A stretch of DNA of 64,000 nt. It comes from Myxococcales bacterium (lineage in GTDB: Bacteria; Myxococcota_A; Polyangia; Polyangiales; DASUME01). Below the pieces are notes generated by a model. That model searched no databases. It worked only from the letters and a program-made list of their open reading frames with translations, and was not told the origin of the DNA. Positions 1-10,270 of the stretch are shown here, in pieces; position 1 is the first letter of the stretch, and each line of letters begins with the position of its first letter. The translations under genes and the position numbers were made by a program. Location of the stretch: the NCBI GenBank assembly GCA_047601445.1, contig JASGJH010000001.1:3200001-3264000 (forward strand), read 5' to 3'.

Positions 1-340
1 GCGGGTCCAGGCGCGCATCTCCTCGGAGCTGCCTGGTGCGGGCGATGGGCTCGACCCACGCGATGGCAGCGACGTCGAGGTGAGTCTGGACGGTGAGGTG
101 CTGGGTACGGTGCGCGCGCGCGCCGACGACGGCCTCGGCGAGGTGGTGAGCGTGGAGCTCGAGGACGCGCGAGCCTTGCGTCGAATCTTCGTGGCCGGGC
201 GGCGACACACGCTGCGCTTTCGCGCTCTCCCCTCGGACTACGCGGGCGGCCTCTGCATCTACGGCAAGCCGACGGGCATCATGGCGTTGCCGGACGCAGC
301 CAAGCGAGAGCTGGACAGCGTGCGCATCACCCTGCGCTAG
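1..340 (+). CDS. C-terminal fragment of a hypothetical protein (runs off the window start)
   Basis: Frame open from position 2 to TAG at 338-340 with GC3-rich codons; no recognisable motif. Confidence 0.6.
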   Translation, partial: RVQARISSELPGAGDGLDPRDGSDVEVSLDGEVLGTVRARADDGLGEVVSVELEDARALRRIFVAGRRHTLRFRALPSDYAGGLCIYGKPTGIMALPDAAKRELDSVRITLR

Positions 341-351
341 GAGGGCCCCCC

Positions 352-3300
352 TCACACGCGGAACAGGAGCGCGCGGCAGGGCTCGCCGAACACGTCGCTC
401 AGCGCCTGGCAGTACAGCGCGAGCTGGCGCTCGTAGGCGCGCAGGTCCACCACCTCCACGTCGGTCTTGAAGTCCACCACCACCCATGAGCCGCGTCCTT
501 GCTCGTCACGCTCGCGGAAGGCCAGGTCGATCACGCCGTCGAGCAAGGTGCCGTCCGCGGCGCGCAAGGTCACCGGGAACTCACGATAGACCTCGGCGCG
601 AACATCGGCCGCCCGTACGCGCTCCCAGAGCGGATGCGCGAGCGCCAATCGCGTGTCGATTACGGCGCGCTCCATCTCCTCGGGGGTCGCGCCCAGGCCG
701 CGTCCCACGAAGGTGGCCAGGCCGCTCAACGCGTCCGCCGCGGTCCCTGAAGACCCGCGCTCGAGCAGCGCGTGAACGAGCGTGCCGAAGCGGGCCCCCG
801 AGGGACGCCCCACGCGCTGCGCGCCGCTATCGATCACCTCGAGCTCGGCCGCGAGCGCCACGGGCGCGCGCAGCTCATCGTGGGCGGCCTGGGTGATGCT
901 CTGAGCGAGCCAGCTCGGGCTTGCGGCCCGCGTGCGCAGCTCGTGACGGCCCACCACCCAACGCTCGTAGTTCAGCCTGCCCTGCTCGTCGCGACCGTGC
1001 TGCTCGTCGGCGGCCAGCAGCTCTTGTTGCGTGAGTCCCCCGACCGGCGGGCGCTTCAGCTCGAGGAAGTTGGGATCCCACCAAACCACCTTGTGTTGCC
1101 CGCTCTGCGGCTGGTGTAGACCCGGTGCCACGGACTGCTCGGGATCGTGTGGAGCATCCATCGGCCAAGAGACCACCGAGTCGCCCCCGAACTGCGGCGT
1201 GCCCGCGGCCTGCCCGAGCGGACGCCGGAACGCCTCGCGCGCCGGGTAGAGCGCGGGCGCCAGCGGGTCCAGCCAGCCCTCGATCACGGCGTCGCCGCAG
1301 GTGGGCACGACCAAAATTTCCTTGGCGCGCGTGGCGGCCACGTAGGCCACGCGAATGACCTCGCTCTCGTCCTGGTCGCGCACGTGCTCGCGTTGCTCGA
1401 TCAGCTCGCGCGGTTCCACATCGCAAAGCGACTGCGCCCATAACCGACGCTCGCCATCGATGTGCCGGGAAGCTCGCTGCACCCGGCGCGGCGCGTTCGG
1501 ATCGCAAAGCACGACCACCGGGAACTCGAGGCCCTTGGCGGTGTGCACGGTCATGATGCGGACGCCGTCGCTGCCCTCTTCGATCACAGGCGCCTCCGGG
1601 GCCTCGGCGAGCTCCGCCTGACGATCGAGCCACTCGACGAAGCCGCGGAAGGACGTGACGCCGCCGCGCCGTTCGTGGGAACGCGCGAAGTCGAGCACCC
1701 GCAGCACGTTGCCGAGGGCCTGCTCACCGGTGGGCCAGATGGCGATGCCCGCGTGGGCGCGCAGGGACTCGAGGAGGCTCGCGATGGTGCTCGCGATAGG
1801 ACGCCGATTGCGGCTCTTGTGGAGCGCAGCGAGCAGCTCGAGTACCTCGGCTACCTCGCGCTCTGCGGGCTCGAGGGCGTCCCGCTCCACGGGGCCCAGC
1901 GGGTGCAGGTGCCGCACTTTGCGCTTGAACGAGAGCAGGCTCTCGTCGCTCAACGCCACGAAGGGTCCGCGCAAGCTCGCGTACACATGCAGAGCATCGT
2001 CGGGCCACTCGATGGCCGTGAGCACAGCGCGCAGCGCGATGATCTCCTCGCGCGCGTGAAACGAGCGGCCGCCGGAGAGCACGTGCGGGATGCGCCGTGC
2101 CTCCAAAGCCCGCACGTACTCACGGGTGACGTCATCCTCGAAAGAGCGGAAGCGCTTGAACAGCAGGCACACGTGACGCGCCTCGACGGGCACGTCGCGC
2201 CCCGCCTCGTGCACGCGATAGCCGCTGTGGCGCACCAGCCAGTCCACCCAGGCCGCCACGGCGTCCGGCAACGACGCGTCGATGGCCCCCTTGGTGATGC
2301 GCCCGTAGGGACTATAGGGCTCCGGAACGGGCAGGGCGATCACTTCGGGTTGCCTCTCGCGCGCGCTGCGGAAAGGCGCGAGCGGCACGTAGTCCGCCTG
2401 GCCGCTTTCGCGGTTGCCGGTCATCAAGGCGGCGAAGGCCCCGTTGACGCACTGCTGAATGCCGGGCACCGATCGGAAGCTCGTGGAGAGCTGCACGAGC
2501 TCTGCGCCTTGCTGCACCAGGTGTTGCTTGACCCGTTCGTAGAGCAGCACGTCGGCGCGTCGAAAGCGATAGATGCTCTGCTTGGGATCGCCGACCAGGA
2601 ACAGCTTGCCGGGCACGCTGTGCGCCTGCCACGGATCGTTCGTCGCGGCGTCGTCGGCGGCCAACAGCAGCAAGATCTCGGCCTGCACGGGATCGGTGTC
2701 CTGAAACTCGTCCACGAACAGGTGGGTGACGCGGGCCTGCAGCGTGGCGCGCACGGTGTGGACTTCGGCGATCAGGCGGCGCGTGAATAGCAATAGATCG
2801 AAGAAGTCGAGCGCGCCGAGGCGGGCCTTCTCGCGCTGGTAGGCGTCCACGGCGGGCAAGAGCTCGCGCGACAAGCATGCGGCCAGATCGGCGCCAGCGT
2901 CCTCCGCGAAGCGCTCGAGCTTGGCGCGCGCCGCATCGCGCAACGAGAGCACCTCCGCGCGCGAGCGCTCCCCCGCGAAGACCTCGCCGCGCCCCGGTTT
3001 GCCGCGGAGTTCACTCTTGTAGCTGCGGTCCTGGGCGAGCTGTCGCAGGAATTCTTCCAGGGCGTCCAGCGACAGGCCGCGCGCGTTGCCCAGCTTGTTG
3101 CCCAGGCCGCGCAGCGCGACCGCCAGCGGATCCCCGCGCCCTGCCCCCTTGGCCAGCGCGGAGAGCCCGCGCAGCTCCTCGAGACACGCCGCGATGGCCT
3201 GCTCCCGCTCGAACGGATCCCGGCGGTAGCTGGTGGTGAAGTCGCGCGTCTCCACCAGGTTGGCCACCGCCTGGAACAGGGTCTCGCGCACCGCCTTGCC

Positions 3301-3864
3301 CTTGTCGCTCACCTGCTTTCGCGCGAGCACGCGACGAACACCTTCGGGCGGCGACTCCACGACGGCTTCGAACCAGGTCGCGAAGGAGCGCTCGAGCAAG
3401 GCGCGCGAACGTCCCGCGTCCAGCACTTCGAACGCTGGATCCACGCCTGCCTCGACGGGATGGGCCCGCAACAGGTCGCTGCACAGCCCATGGATGGTGC
3501 CGATGCGCGCTGCCTCGAGCTCCGACAGGGCCACGCGGAGGCGCGTCACTTCCTCCCCCGTGCGCGCGGCGTGCAAGAGCGCGCGATCGAGCTCGGTGCG
3601 GATGCGCAGCTTCATCTCACCGGCGGCCTTTTCCGTGAAGGTCACCGCCACGATGGATGAGAGCTTGCCGAGTCCACTCGCCACGATGGCCACGATGCGC
3701 TGCACGAGCTCGGTGGTCTTGCCAGTGCCGGCCGCAGCCTCCACGATGAGGGTGCGCTCGAGGCCGTGTCGGATCGCGAGCCGTGCCTCGCCATCGATCA
3801 GGCGTTCCACGTCCTGCTCGCGGTGAGCTGTCGCCGCGTGATTCTCAGGGAGACCTGAGCTCAC
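352..3864 (-). CDS. addA: AddA/RecB-like UvrD helicase-nuclease
   Basis: Walker A EAAAGTGKT, VTFTEKAAGEMK, DEFQDT, VGDPKQSIYRFR, MTVHTAKGLEF, YVAATRAK and C-terminal GVIDL...VVDFKT nuclease. GTG start overlaps the addB stop (GTGA at 3861-3864). Confidence 0.9.
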   Translation of the reverse strand: MSSGLPENHAATAHREQDVERLIDGEARLAIRHGLERTLIVEAAAGTGKTTELVQRIVAIVASGLGKLSSIVAVTFTEKAAGEMKLRIRTELDRALLHAARTGEEVTRLRVALSELEAARIGTIHGLCSDLLRAHPVEAGVDPAFEVLDAGRSRALLERSFATWFEAVVESPPEGVRRVLARKQVSDKGKAVRETLFQAVANLVETRDFTTSYRRDPFEREQAIAACLEELRGLSALAKGAGRGDPLAVALRGLGNKLGNARGLSLDALEEFLRQLAQDRSYKSELRGKPGRGEVFAGERSRAEVLSLRDAARAKLERFAEDAGADLAACLSRELLPAVDAYQREKARLGALDFFDLLLFTRRLIAEVHTVRATLQARVTHLFVDEFQDTDPVQAEILLLLAADDAATNDPWQAHSVPGKLFLVGDPKQSIYRFRRADVLLYERVKQHLVQQGAELVQLSTSFRSVPGIQQCVNGAFAALMTGNRESGQADYVPLAPFRSARERQPEVIALPVPEPYSPYGRITKGAIDASLPDAVAAWVDWLVRHSGYRVHEAGRDVPVEARHVCLLFKRFRSFEDDVTREYVRALEARRIPHVLSGGRSFHAREEIIALRAVLTAIEWPDDALHVYASLRGPFVALSDESLLSFKRKVRHLHPLGPVERDALEPAEREVAEVLELLAALHKSRNRRPIASTIASLLESLRAHAGIAIWPTGEQALGNVLRVLDFARSHERRGGVTSFRGFVEWLDRQAELAEAPEAPVIEEGSDGVRIMTVHTAKGLEFPVVVLCDPNAPRRVQRASRHIDGERRLWAQSLCDVEPRELIEQREHVRDQDESEVIRVAYVAATRAKEILVVPTCGDAVIEGWLDPLAPALYPAREAFRRPLGQAAGTPQFGGDSVVSWPMDAPHDPEQSVAPGLHQPQSGQHKVVWWDPNFLELKRPPVGGLTQQELLAADEQHGRDEQGRLNYERWVVGRHELRTRAASPSWLAQSITQAAHDELRAPVALAAELEVIDSGAQRVGRPSGARFGTLVHALLERGSSGTAADALSGLATFVGRGLGATPEEMERAVIDTRLALAHPLWERVRAADVRAEVYREFPVTLRAADGTLLDGVIDLAFRERDEQGRGSWVVVDFKTDVEVVDLRAYERQLALYCQALSDVFGEPCRALLFRV

Positions 3865-6800
3865 GGCATCCCCCGGACGCGGTGGAGCGGACTCAAGCGC
3901 AGCCCGTCCTGAGCCTTCACGCGTGCGACCCGCTCGGCCTCGTAGGGCCCACACACCACGCGGTAGGCACAGTGGTCGCACTCGGAGCTGCCCGCTCGAT
4001 GCTGCGGTGCCGCGGGCAAGAAGCCTTGCGCCACCATTCCGTCGATGGCGTTCACCAACTCCTGAGCGCGCTTGCGGTTGCCGTCATTGAGCGGCACGTC
4101 GTGGCTCTGGAAGCCCGCCTTGCTGGTGCAGAAATAGAGCCGGCCTGCGTCGACCTTGCTGCTCGGGAAGAGCTGCTCGAGTGCGAGCGCATAGAGCAGG
4201 GGTTGGAGCACACGTCCCCCGTCCGTGACGGCGAGGGCATTTTCCTGGGCTTTGCCGGTCTTGTGATCGGTGGCGCGCACGAGCGTGGGCGCGGCCGAGT
4301 CGGAGCCCGCGCTGCGCTCCACGAGATTGATGGCGCCGCGCAGCTTGAGCCCGACGGGCAAGAGCACGGGCTCGACCCGGCTGTGGGGGTCGCGCTCGAG
4401 TGAGGAGCGCAAGCCGAACCCGAGTTCGAAGCGCCAGGGGATCCAGCGTGCTTCATCCAGCATCCGCGCGAGCCACTCCTCGAGGTCCGCGCGCAGTGCC
4501 ACCAGCGAAGCGTCGAACACGCGTTCGACGGCGGGAGCGTAGGTCTCCTTGAGGGAAGCGACCTGGGCCACGAACACTTGTTCGAGCAAAGCCCGGGCGC
4601 GCGTGAGCCCCTCACGCGTGAGGGGCAGCAGCTGCTCGGCCGCGAGCCCGCTGAGGACATCGTGCTGAACCGCGTGAAAGAGTACGCCGCGCTGGCGCGC
4701 ATCGAGTTCGTCGAGCTCTGGCACTTGCTCCCGCTCGGCCACGCCCATCACCGAATGCAGGAAGAAGCGATAGGGGCAACTCGCGAACTGAGCCAGGGCC
4801 GAGGCCGAATACGGGCGCGCCGCGAGCCGCTCGCTAGCCATCAGGCGCGCGGCGCTCTCCTGGGAGAGCACGAGGCCATCGGCCTGCGTGAAGCGAGGAG
4901 TTTCCCAGCGGCGGGCCCGAAAGCGCAGGGCGCGCGCCAAGTTCGGGTTGGCGAGCAAAGAGTAGCGCGCACCGCCCTTGCGAGCGCCGGCCCGCGCACG
5001 CCACAGGTCGAGCACGGCCAGGTCGTACTCCGCGTCATCGATGGCCTGCTCGGGGGACGCCGGCGCGGGCCAGCCCATGCGCGCCGCCGCGCCCGGGTCG
5101 GCGCGGCGATTGAGCTCGTCGAACGCAGGCAACGCTCCGTCCACGGCATGCAGCACCTCGAGGCCGTAAAAGGAAGGCACCCGCGGACGCCCATGCTCCA
5201 CGTCGAAGCGCGGAAACGACAGCACCACCTGGCCACGCGCCGCGCCCACGGCGAGCCGCAAGAGCACGCGCTCGCGGGCCGCACGCTCTTCCGTGAGCAT
5301 CAGGTGCGGCCCGAGCGCGCGTCGCTTCGCATCCGGGAGAATGGGATCTTCGTGTAGCCGCGGCGGAAACACCTTCTCGGCCAGCCCCAGCACGAACACC
5401 TGCTCGAAACTGCGCCCGGCCGCGTCCTCCACGTCGCCCACGAACACCTTGCCCGCGCCATGCCCGCCGCTGCGCACGATGGCGGTGCCGAGGCGTCGGG
5501 AGAGCAGCCGCTCCACGTCGAGTAGCTCGACGGGTCCCACCGAAGCGAGCGGCGCGAGCTCGAGCAGCGCTTCGCGCACGCTCTCCGGGCGCTGCAGGCT
5601 ACGGCGCGCCAGGTCGTCCAGGGCCGCCAGCCACTCGCCCCAACTAGCCCGCTGCGGTAGGCCCGTCAGGCGATCGAGCAGCGGGAGGGCGAACTCGAGC
5701 AAGGCCGCGAGCTGGCCACGCTGCAAGGTGAGGGACGCGTGTCGAGGCCCCTCCGGCTCCGTGCCCACGAGCTCGAGATCCAGCTCGCACAACAAGGAGC
5801 GCAGCCGGCGCTCCCAGCGCGCGCGACCGCCGATCACCGTCGCATCCACGAGCAAGCGCTCCCAGCGCCGCGGACTGCGCGGCGTGCGCTCGCTATCGTC
5901 GTCGACGGCGGCGCCGGTGCGCGTGTCGTCGGGCTGCTCGTCGACCGCAGCCGGAGCCACGCCGAGCGAGAGATACTCCGCGAAGGCACGCGCCGAGAGC
6001 CCCTCGCGCGCGCAGGCGAGCAGCGCCAAGAAAGCCCGTCCTTCGGGCACCGGGCGCCGCACGCCATCGGCGAAGTGCGCCGGGATCTGCGCGCGCCGCA
6101 GCGCTTCCTCGACCGGGTCACGATAGGCGTCGGCTGCGCGCAGGAAGATCGCCATGCGATCGAAGGCTACGCCGCGCTCCGCCGCCGCCAAGATCTCGCG
6201 CGCCACCTCCACGGCCTCGCGGTTCTCGCCTGCGCCCGACATCAACTTCACGCGACCGCGCTCGGCCGCGGGACCACTCCCCGACAGGCTGGGCGCGAAG
6301 AGCTGACGCTTGAGTTGGGCCAGATCGTGGTCCTCGAGCGGGAACCGGCGCTCGGTCAGCGCGTCCTCTCCCAGCGAAAGTCGCCAGAAATGTTCGCTGT
6401 GTTCGTCGCCTCGCGCCACGCTCACGCGCGCCTGCAGACGCGCCCGACAAAGTGCGGCAGCGAACTCACTCTCGCGCGCGTGCACCAGTGGCACGTCGAG
6501 CACCACCAACGCGCAACGCGCGAGCGCGCGCCGTGGATCCGCCCCCAGCGCCTCACTCGCCAGCGCGAACAAGCGCGGGCGGTCGCACAGCTGCTCACGC
6601 TCGAGGGCCTCCTCGTAGCGCTGCAGAAACAGCGCTAATTCGCGGTCATGGGGAGCAAGCAGGGCTGTCGTGACCCCCGCCATGCGCAGCTCGATCAGGG
6701 CCTCGCTCAGCGCCCGCACGAAGCCAGGGCGCTGCCCGATCTCGCCGAAGCGCCCGAGCTCGCCGGTGCCCGAGAGCTCGAACACCACGCGCGCGCACAG

Positions 6801-7076
6801 CGCCTCTACTCCCACGCCGCGCAACAACGCGAGGCCCGCGCGCGCCAGGCTCGGCAGAGCAAACTCGAGCGCCGCGCTCTCGAGCGTGTGCTTGGCCCAG
6901 CCCGCGCGCGCCTGGCCCGGGCCGAGCACACGCTGCACGAGGGCGAGCCCCGAGAGGGGACTCGGCGCGAGAATCAGCGCGGGTTCTTGGGCAGGCAGGT
7001 CGCGCAGAAACGCCTCCGCGGCCGCGAGACGCTGCTCGCCGCACGGCGACTCGAACAAGCCTACGCTGCGCTTCAC
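3861..7076 (-). CDS. addB: AddB-like protein with C-terminal PD-(D/E)xK nuclease domain and Fe-S staple cysteines
   Basis: YSASALAQFASCPYRFFL, DHKTG, LQPLLYALA, CDHCAYRVVC; paired with addA; GTG start overlaps the upstream stop (7073-7076). Confidence 0.85.
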   Translation of the reverse strand: MKRSVGLFESPCGEQRLAAAEAFLRDLPAQEPALILAPSPLSGLALVQRVLGPGQARAGWAKHTLESAALEFALPSLARAGLALLRGVGVEALCARVVFELSGTGELGRFGEIGQRPGFVRALSEALIELRMAGVTTALLAPHDRELALFLQRYEEALEREQLCDRPRLFALASEALGADPRRALARCALVVLDVPLVHARESEFAAALCRARLQARVSVARGDEHSEHFWRLSLGEDALTERRFPLEDHDLAQLKRQLFAPSLSGSGPAAERGRVKLMSGAGENREAVEVAREILAAAERGVAFDRMAIFLRAADAYRDPVEEALRRAQIPAHFADGVRRPVPEGRAFLALLACAREGLSARAFAEYLSLGVAPAAVDEQPDDTRTGAAVDDDSERTPRSPRRWERLLVDATVIGGRARWERRLRSLLCELDLELVGTEPEGPRHASLTLQRGQLAALLEFALPLLDRLTGLPQRASWGEWLAALDDLARRSLQRPESVREALLELAPLASVGPVELLDVERLLSRRLGTAIVRSGGHGAGKVFVGDVEDAAGRSFEQVFVLGLAEKVFPPRLHEDPILPDAKRRALGPHLMLTEERAARERVLLRLAVGAARGQVVLSFPRFDVEHGRPRVPSFYGLEVLHAVDGALPAFDELNRRADPGAAARMGWPAPASPEQAIDDAEYDLAVLDLWRARAGARKGGARYSLLANPNLARALRFRARRWETPRFTQADGLVLSQESAARLMASERLAARPYSASALAQFASCPYRFFLHSVMGVAEREQVPELDELDARQRGVLFHAVQHDVLSGLAAEQLLPLTREGLTRARALLEQVFVAQVASLKETYAPAVERVFDASLVALRADLEEWLARMLDEARWIPWRFELGFGLRSSLERDPHSRVEPVLLPVGLKLRGAINLVERSAGSDSAAPTLVRATDHKTGKAQENALAVTDGGRVLQPLLYALALEQLFPSSKVDAGRLYFCTSKAGFQSHDVPLNDGNRKRAQELVNAIDGMVAQGFLPAAPQHRAGSSECDHCAYRVVCGPYEAERVARVKAQDGLRLSPLHRVRGMP

Positions 7077-7795
7077 CACCACCAAACCGCCACCACTCCG
7101 ATCACCGCCCAGCCACCCATGGACAGCAAGAGGCCCGACAAGGCGCGCGCCGTCTGGCCGCGCGCGCTCAAGGCACCGTAGAGCGCGAGCCCGCTCCAAA
7201 ACAAGCCCACAGGCAGCAAAAGTGGCCCCAGCACCGGGATCGCCAACGGGCTCAAGCCGTAGGCCGTGGCGCGCACCAGCACGTCGTAGCGCACGGCGAT
7301 CTGCAGCATCCGACACAGCGCCCACAGCCAGCCTGCGTAGACGGCTACGCCCAGTGAAAGCAGCGTGGAGAACACCAACGATGCCGGTACGAGCGAGACC
7401 GCCGTACCCAGCAGTCCCGTGCTGTGTAGCCCGAGACGCGGGGCGTCAGCCCAGGTGAGCAACGGGACTGCGCCCGCGATGGACAGCGGCAAGAGTCCGC
7501 ATACACCGCACAAGAACACGAATTGCAACGCATGCACCAGGTGACCCGCACCGCCGAGGCGGCGCCCCAGCGAAAACGGCCCAGCAAGGCCGGCGCGCAG
7601 GGTGTTCCAGAACGCGCGCGAGATCCCGAGCTCCCCGCGCTCCTCCCAGTCGACGGTGGCACGCACCACACAGCGATTGCACATCGCCACGGGCTCGAGC
7701 GGCGTACACAACCGGCACACGAAGTCCCCGCAGCGCACGCAGCTCGCTTCGGCCTCGGCGTCTCGATGCGTCGCGCAGCGCGCTAGTTGAGACAT
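7073..7795 (-). CDS. B-box-like zinc finger plus YIP1-like membrane protein
   Basis: CATH..CVRC..CRLC..CNRC followed by WEERGELG..AFW and several hydrophobic helices. Confidence 0.7.
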   Translation of the reverse strand: MSQLARCATHRDAEAEASCVRCGDFVCRLCTPLEPVAMCNRCVVRATVDWEERGELGISRAFWNTLRAGLAGPFSLGRRLGGAGHLVHALQFVFLCGVCGLLPLSIAGAVPLLTWADAPRLGLHSTGLLGTAVSLVPASLVFSTLLSLGVAVYAGWLWALCRMLQIAVRYDVLVRATAYGLSPLAIPVLGPLLLPVGLFWSGLALYGALSARGQTARALSGLLLSMGGWAVIGVVAVWWW

Positions 7796-7865
7796 GTGGA
7801 GGCCCCCATTTCGAGCGCCGTCGGCGAGCCCTCACCGCCCCGAGCGTTGCGCCGACGTGACGCCT

Positions 7866-9068
7866 TCACTCGAGCACGTAGAACGCGCGACCGTAGGTCT
7901 CGAGCAAGGACAGCGCCCTGTCCATCTCTTCGCGCGTGTGCCCGCGCGTGACGTTGAGGCGCAGGCGCTCGTCGCCGCGCTTCACCGCCGGGTACACCAG
8001 CGGCACCATCATCACGCCGTTCTCGAGCAGCGCCACGTGCATGAAGAGCGCCTTGGCCTCGTCGCCGCAGTTGGGGGGCATGATGTGCGTGTTGCTGCGG
8101 CCCAGGTTGAACCCGAGCTCGGTCAAGCTCTTGCGCATGTAGGCCGACTTCTCGTGGAGCTCCGCCACCAAAGCGGGCCCTTCCGCCTCGAGCATCGTCA
8201 GGATGGTCGACACCGCGGCCACCACCGGTACCGGCAGCGTGGCGCTGAACATGAAGGAGCGCGCCGAGTTCTTGATGTGCTCGATCACGTCGGTCGAGCC
8301 CAAGAGCAGCCCGCCGATGCCGCCGAAGACCTTGGAGAACGCCGTCATCAGCAGCGGCACGCGACCTTCGAGCCCGAAGTGCTCGAGCGTTCCGCGCCCG
8401 TTGTGGCCCAAGGTGCCCGAGCCGTGCGCATCGTCCACCAGGAGCACGGCGTTGTAGCGCTCGCAAACCTCGACGATCTCCGGCAGGGTCCCCATGTCGC
8501 CGTCGAGCGAGTACACGCCTTCCACCAGCACCAGGACGTTCTTGCGCTCCTTGGTCTTGAGCACGCGCTCGAGGGACTTGGCGGAATTGTGATTGAAGAA
8601 GCGCACCTCGGGAGCGCGCTTGGGGGTGCCCGCCGCCAGGAACGTGCCGTCCAAAATGCAGGCATGGCTCAGGTTGTCGAGCGCCAGCGTGGTGTCGCTG
8701 TCCGACAGGGCCATGATGGCCCCCACCATGGCCTGATAGCCGGTGGTGAACATGAGCGCGGCCGGGTAGCCGAAGAACTTGGCCAGGCGCTCCTCGAGCT
8801 CCACGTGGGCCGTGGTGGTGGCTTGCGGGCGCGAGCTCGAGAGTCCCATCGCGTACTTCTCGACAGCGGCCGCGGCGGCCTCCTTGACCTTGGGGTGCGT
8901 GGTCAGCCCGAGATAGTCGTTGGAGCTGAACTGCACGATGGGCTTGCCCGCGATGGACGTGCGTAGACCGCCGTTCTCGAACTCCCGAAAGAGCGGGTAG
9001 ACCTGCTTCTCCTTGGCCTCACGGATACGGGCCAGCTCTGCGTGCGCCTTCTCGTCGATCCAGTTCAT
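7866..9068 (-). CDS. PLP-dependent alpha-oxoamine synthase (SPT/BioF/KBL family)
   Basis: FSSNDYLGL, SHACILDG, VEGVYSLDGD, VDDAHG, AFSK (PLP lysine), RLRLNVT. Confidence 0.9.
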   Translation of the reverse strand: MNWIDEKAHAELARIREAKEKQVYPLFREFENGGLRTSIAGKPIVQFSSNDYLGLTTHPKVKEAAAAAVEKYAMGLSSSRPQATTTAHVELEERLAKFFGYPAALMFTTGYQAMVGAIMALSDSDTTLALDNLSHACILDGTFLAAGTPKRAPEVRFFNHNSAKSLERVLKTKERKNVLVLVEGVYSLDGDMGTLPEIVEVCERYNAVLLVDDAHGSGTLGHNGRGTLEHFGLEGRVPLLMTAFSKVFGGIGGLLLGSTDVIEHIKNSARSFMFSATLPVPVVAAVSTILTMLEAEGPALVAELHEKSAYMRKSLTELGFNLGRSNTHIMPPNCGDEAKALFMHVALLENGVMMVPLVYPAVKRGDERLRLNVTRGHTREEMDRALSLLETYGRAFYVLE

Positions 9069-10270
9069 GCCTGGTCTCTCTTCCTCAAGATCACCGCCGA
9101 AACGTTGCCGTAGTACCCAAGCGCAGTGATCAACACGTGGCGCACTTCGCGAGGGGCGTCACCGCGCAACAGAGGCTTCGGCTCAATGCCCGACAAAAAC
9201 CCGACCGCGGCCGCCATGCTTAGTGCCGCGGCCGCGCCAAACGTTTCGCCCCAAATGCCCTTTGTGGCCACGGTGGCCACATCCGAGCCGAACACGCGCG
9301 CCAAGCCCTCTTCTTCGGCCAGGTCCACGCGACTGACCCCGCTCGCGGCGCAGGCCACCAAATCCACCTGCTCGGGCTCGATCCCGGCATCGGCCAGGGC
9401 TGCGCGCACCGCGCGCTCCACCGTGACGTCCGAAGCATGCACCAGCTGCGCCTCCGAGAACGGCGGATCGAAGGCCGTTCCGAAGCCCACGATCTCCGCC
9501 CATACCTTGGCCCCGCGCGCCGCGGCGCTCTCGAGGCTCTCGCACACGAGCAACGCCGCCCCCTCGCCCAGGTGCGTGCCACGGCTCGTCACGTCGCCTG
9601 GTTCGGAAGGGCGGTCCCCTTCGCTGATCACGCCGAGCTTCTCGAAGGCGAGGTAGAGCGGCTCGCTCACCACCTCGGCGCCCCCCACCATTAGCGCATC
9701 GGCGCGCCCGCAGGCGATGTGGGTCTCTGCCGTGAGCACCGCGTTGGCGCCGCCGCAGTTGCCGTCGACGATAGTCACGTTGGGCCCTTCGAGCCCCTCC
9801 CAGATGCTCACGTAGCCCGCGGCACTGTTGATCACCGTGTTGGGAAAGCGCGACGGGTTCAGGTAGCGGGGATGCTCGAGCTCGGCCACGCGATTGATCT
9901 CGGTGATGCTGTCGAGGGAGCCGTAGGCCGTGGCCGCGCAGATGCCGAGCCGCTCGGGCCCCACACTCGCGAACGCCCCCTCACGCTTCAGTCCAGCGTC
10001 TTCCAGCGCGTGCTTGGCCGCCACCACCAACAGGCGCGTCATGCGGTCGAAGTTGCGCAGCCCCTTGTCACCCAGATACTGCGCCGCGTCGAAGTCGCTC
10101 ACCTCGGCCACGATGGCACGTGCGAAGCGCGCGTCCGTGAGCACACTGCGCGGCCCCGCGAACGCGCGCTTCTTGGCCGCGACCGGATCCGCCAGCGCCG
10201 CGAAGAAGGCCTCCCGCCCCACCCCCACCGGACTGACCACCGAGAGTCCCGTAATCGCCAGTGGATGCAT
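9065..10270 (-). CDS. Catalytically inactive ketosynthase (chain-length-factor-like)
   Basis: Thiolase/KS fold motifs (ITGLSVVSPVGVG, GEGAALLVCE); the Cys/His/His positions read GNCGG, ACAASG and KGIWGE. Confidence 0.8.
   Translation of the reverse strand: MHPLAITGLSVVSPVGVGREAFFAALADPVAAKKRAFAGPRSVLTDARFARAIVAEVSDFDAAQYLGDKGLRNFDRMTRLLVVAAKHALEDAGLKREGAFASVGPERLGICAATAYGSLDSITEINRVAELEHPRYLNPSRFPNTVINSAAGYVSIWEGLEGPNVTIVDGNCGGANAVLTAETHIACGRADALMVGGAEVVSEPLYLAFEKLGVISEGDRPSEPGDVTSRGTHLGEGAALLVCESLESAAARGAKVWAEIVGFGTAFDPPFSEAQLVHASDVTVERAVRAALADAGIEPEQVDLVACAASGVSRVDLAEEEGLARVFGSDVATVATKGIWGETFGAAAALSMAAAVGFLSGIEPKPLLRGDAPREVRHVLITALGYYGNVSAVILRKRDQA

Noticed and set aside
352..7076. Helicase-nuclease pair as a novel defence system
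   Set aside because: Architecture and gene order match housekeeping AddAB
7866..9068. Calling the oxoamine synthase bioF or spt outright
   Set aside because: No bio genes nearby and the motifs deviate from both; left as a family-level call
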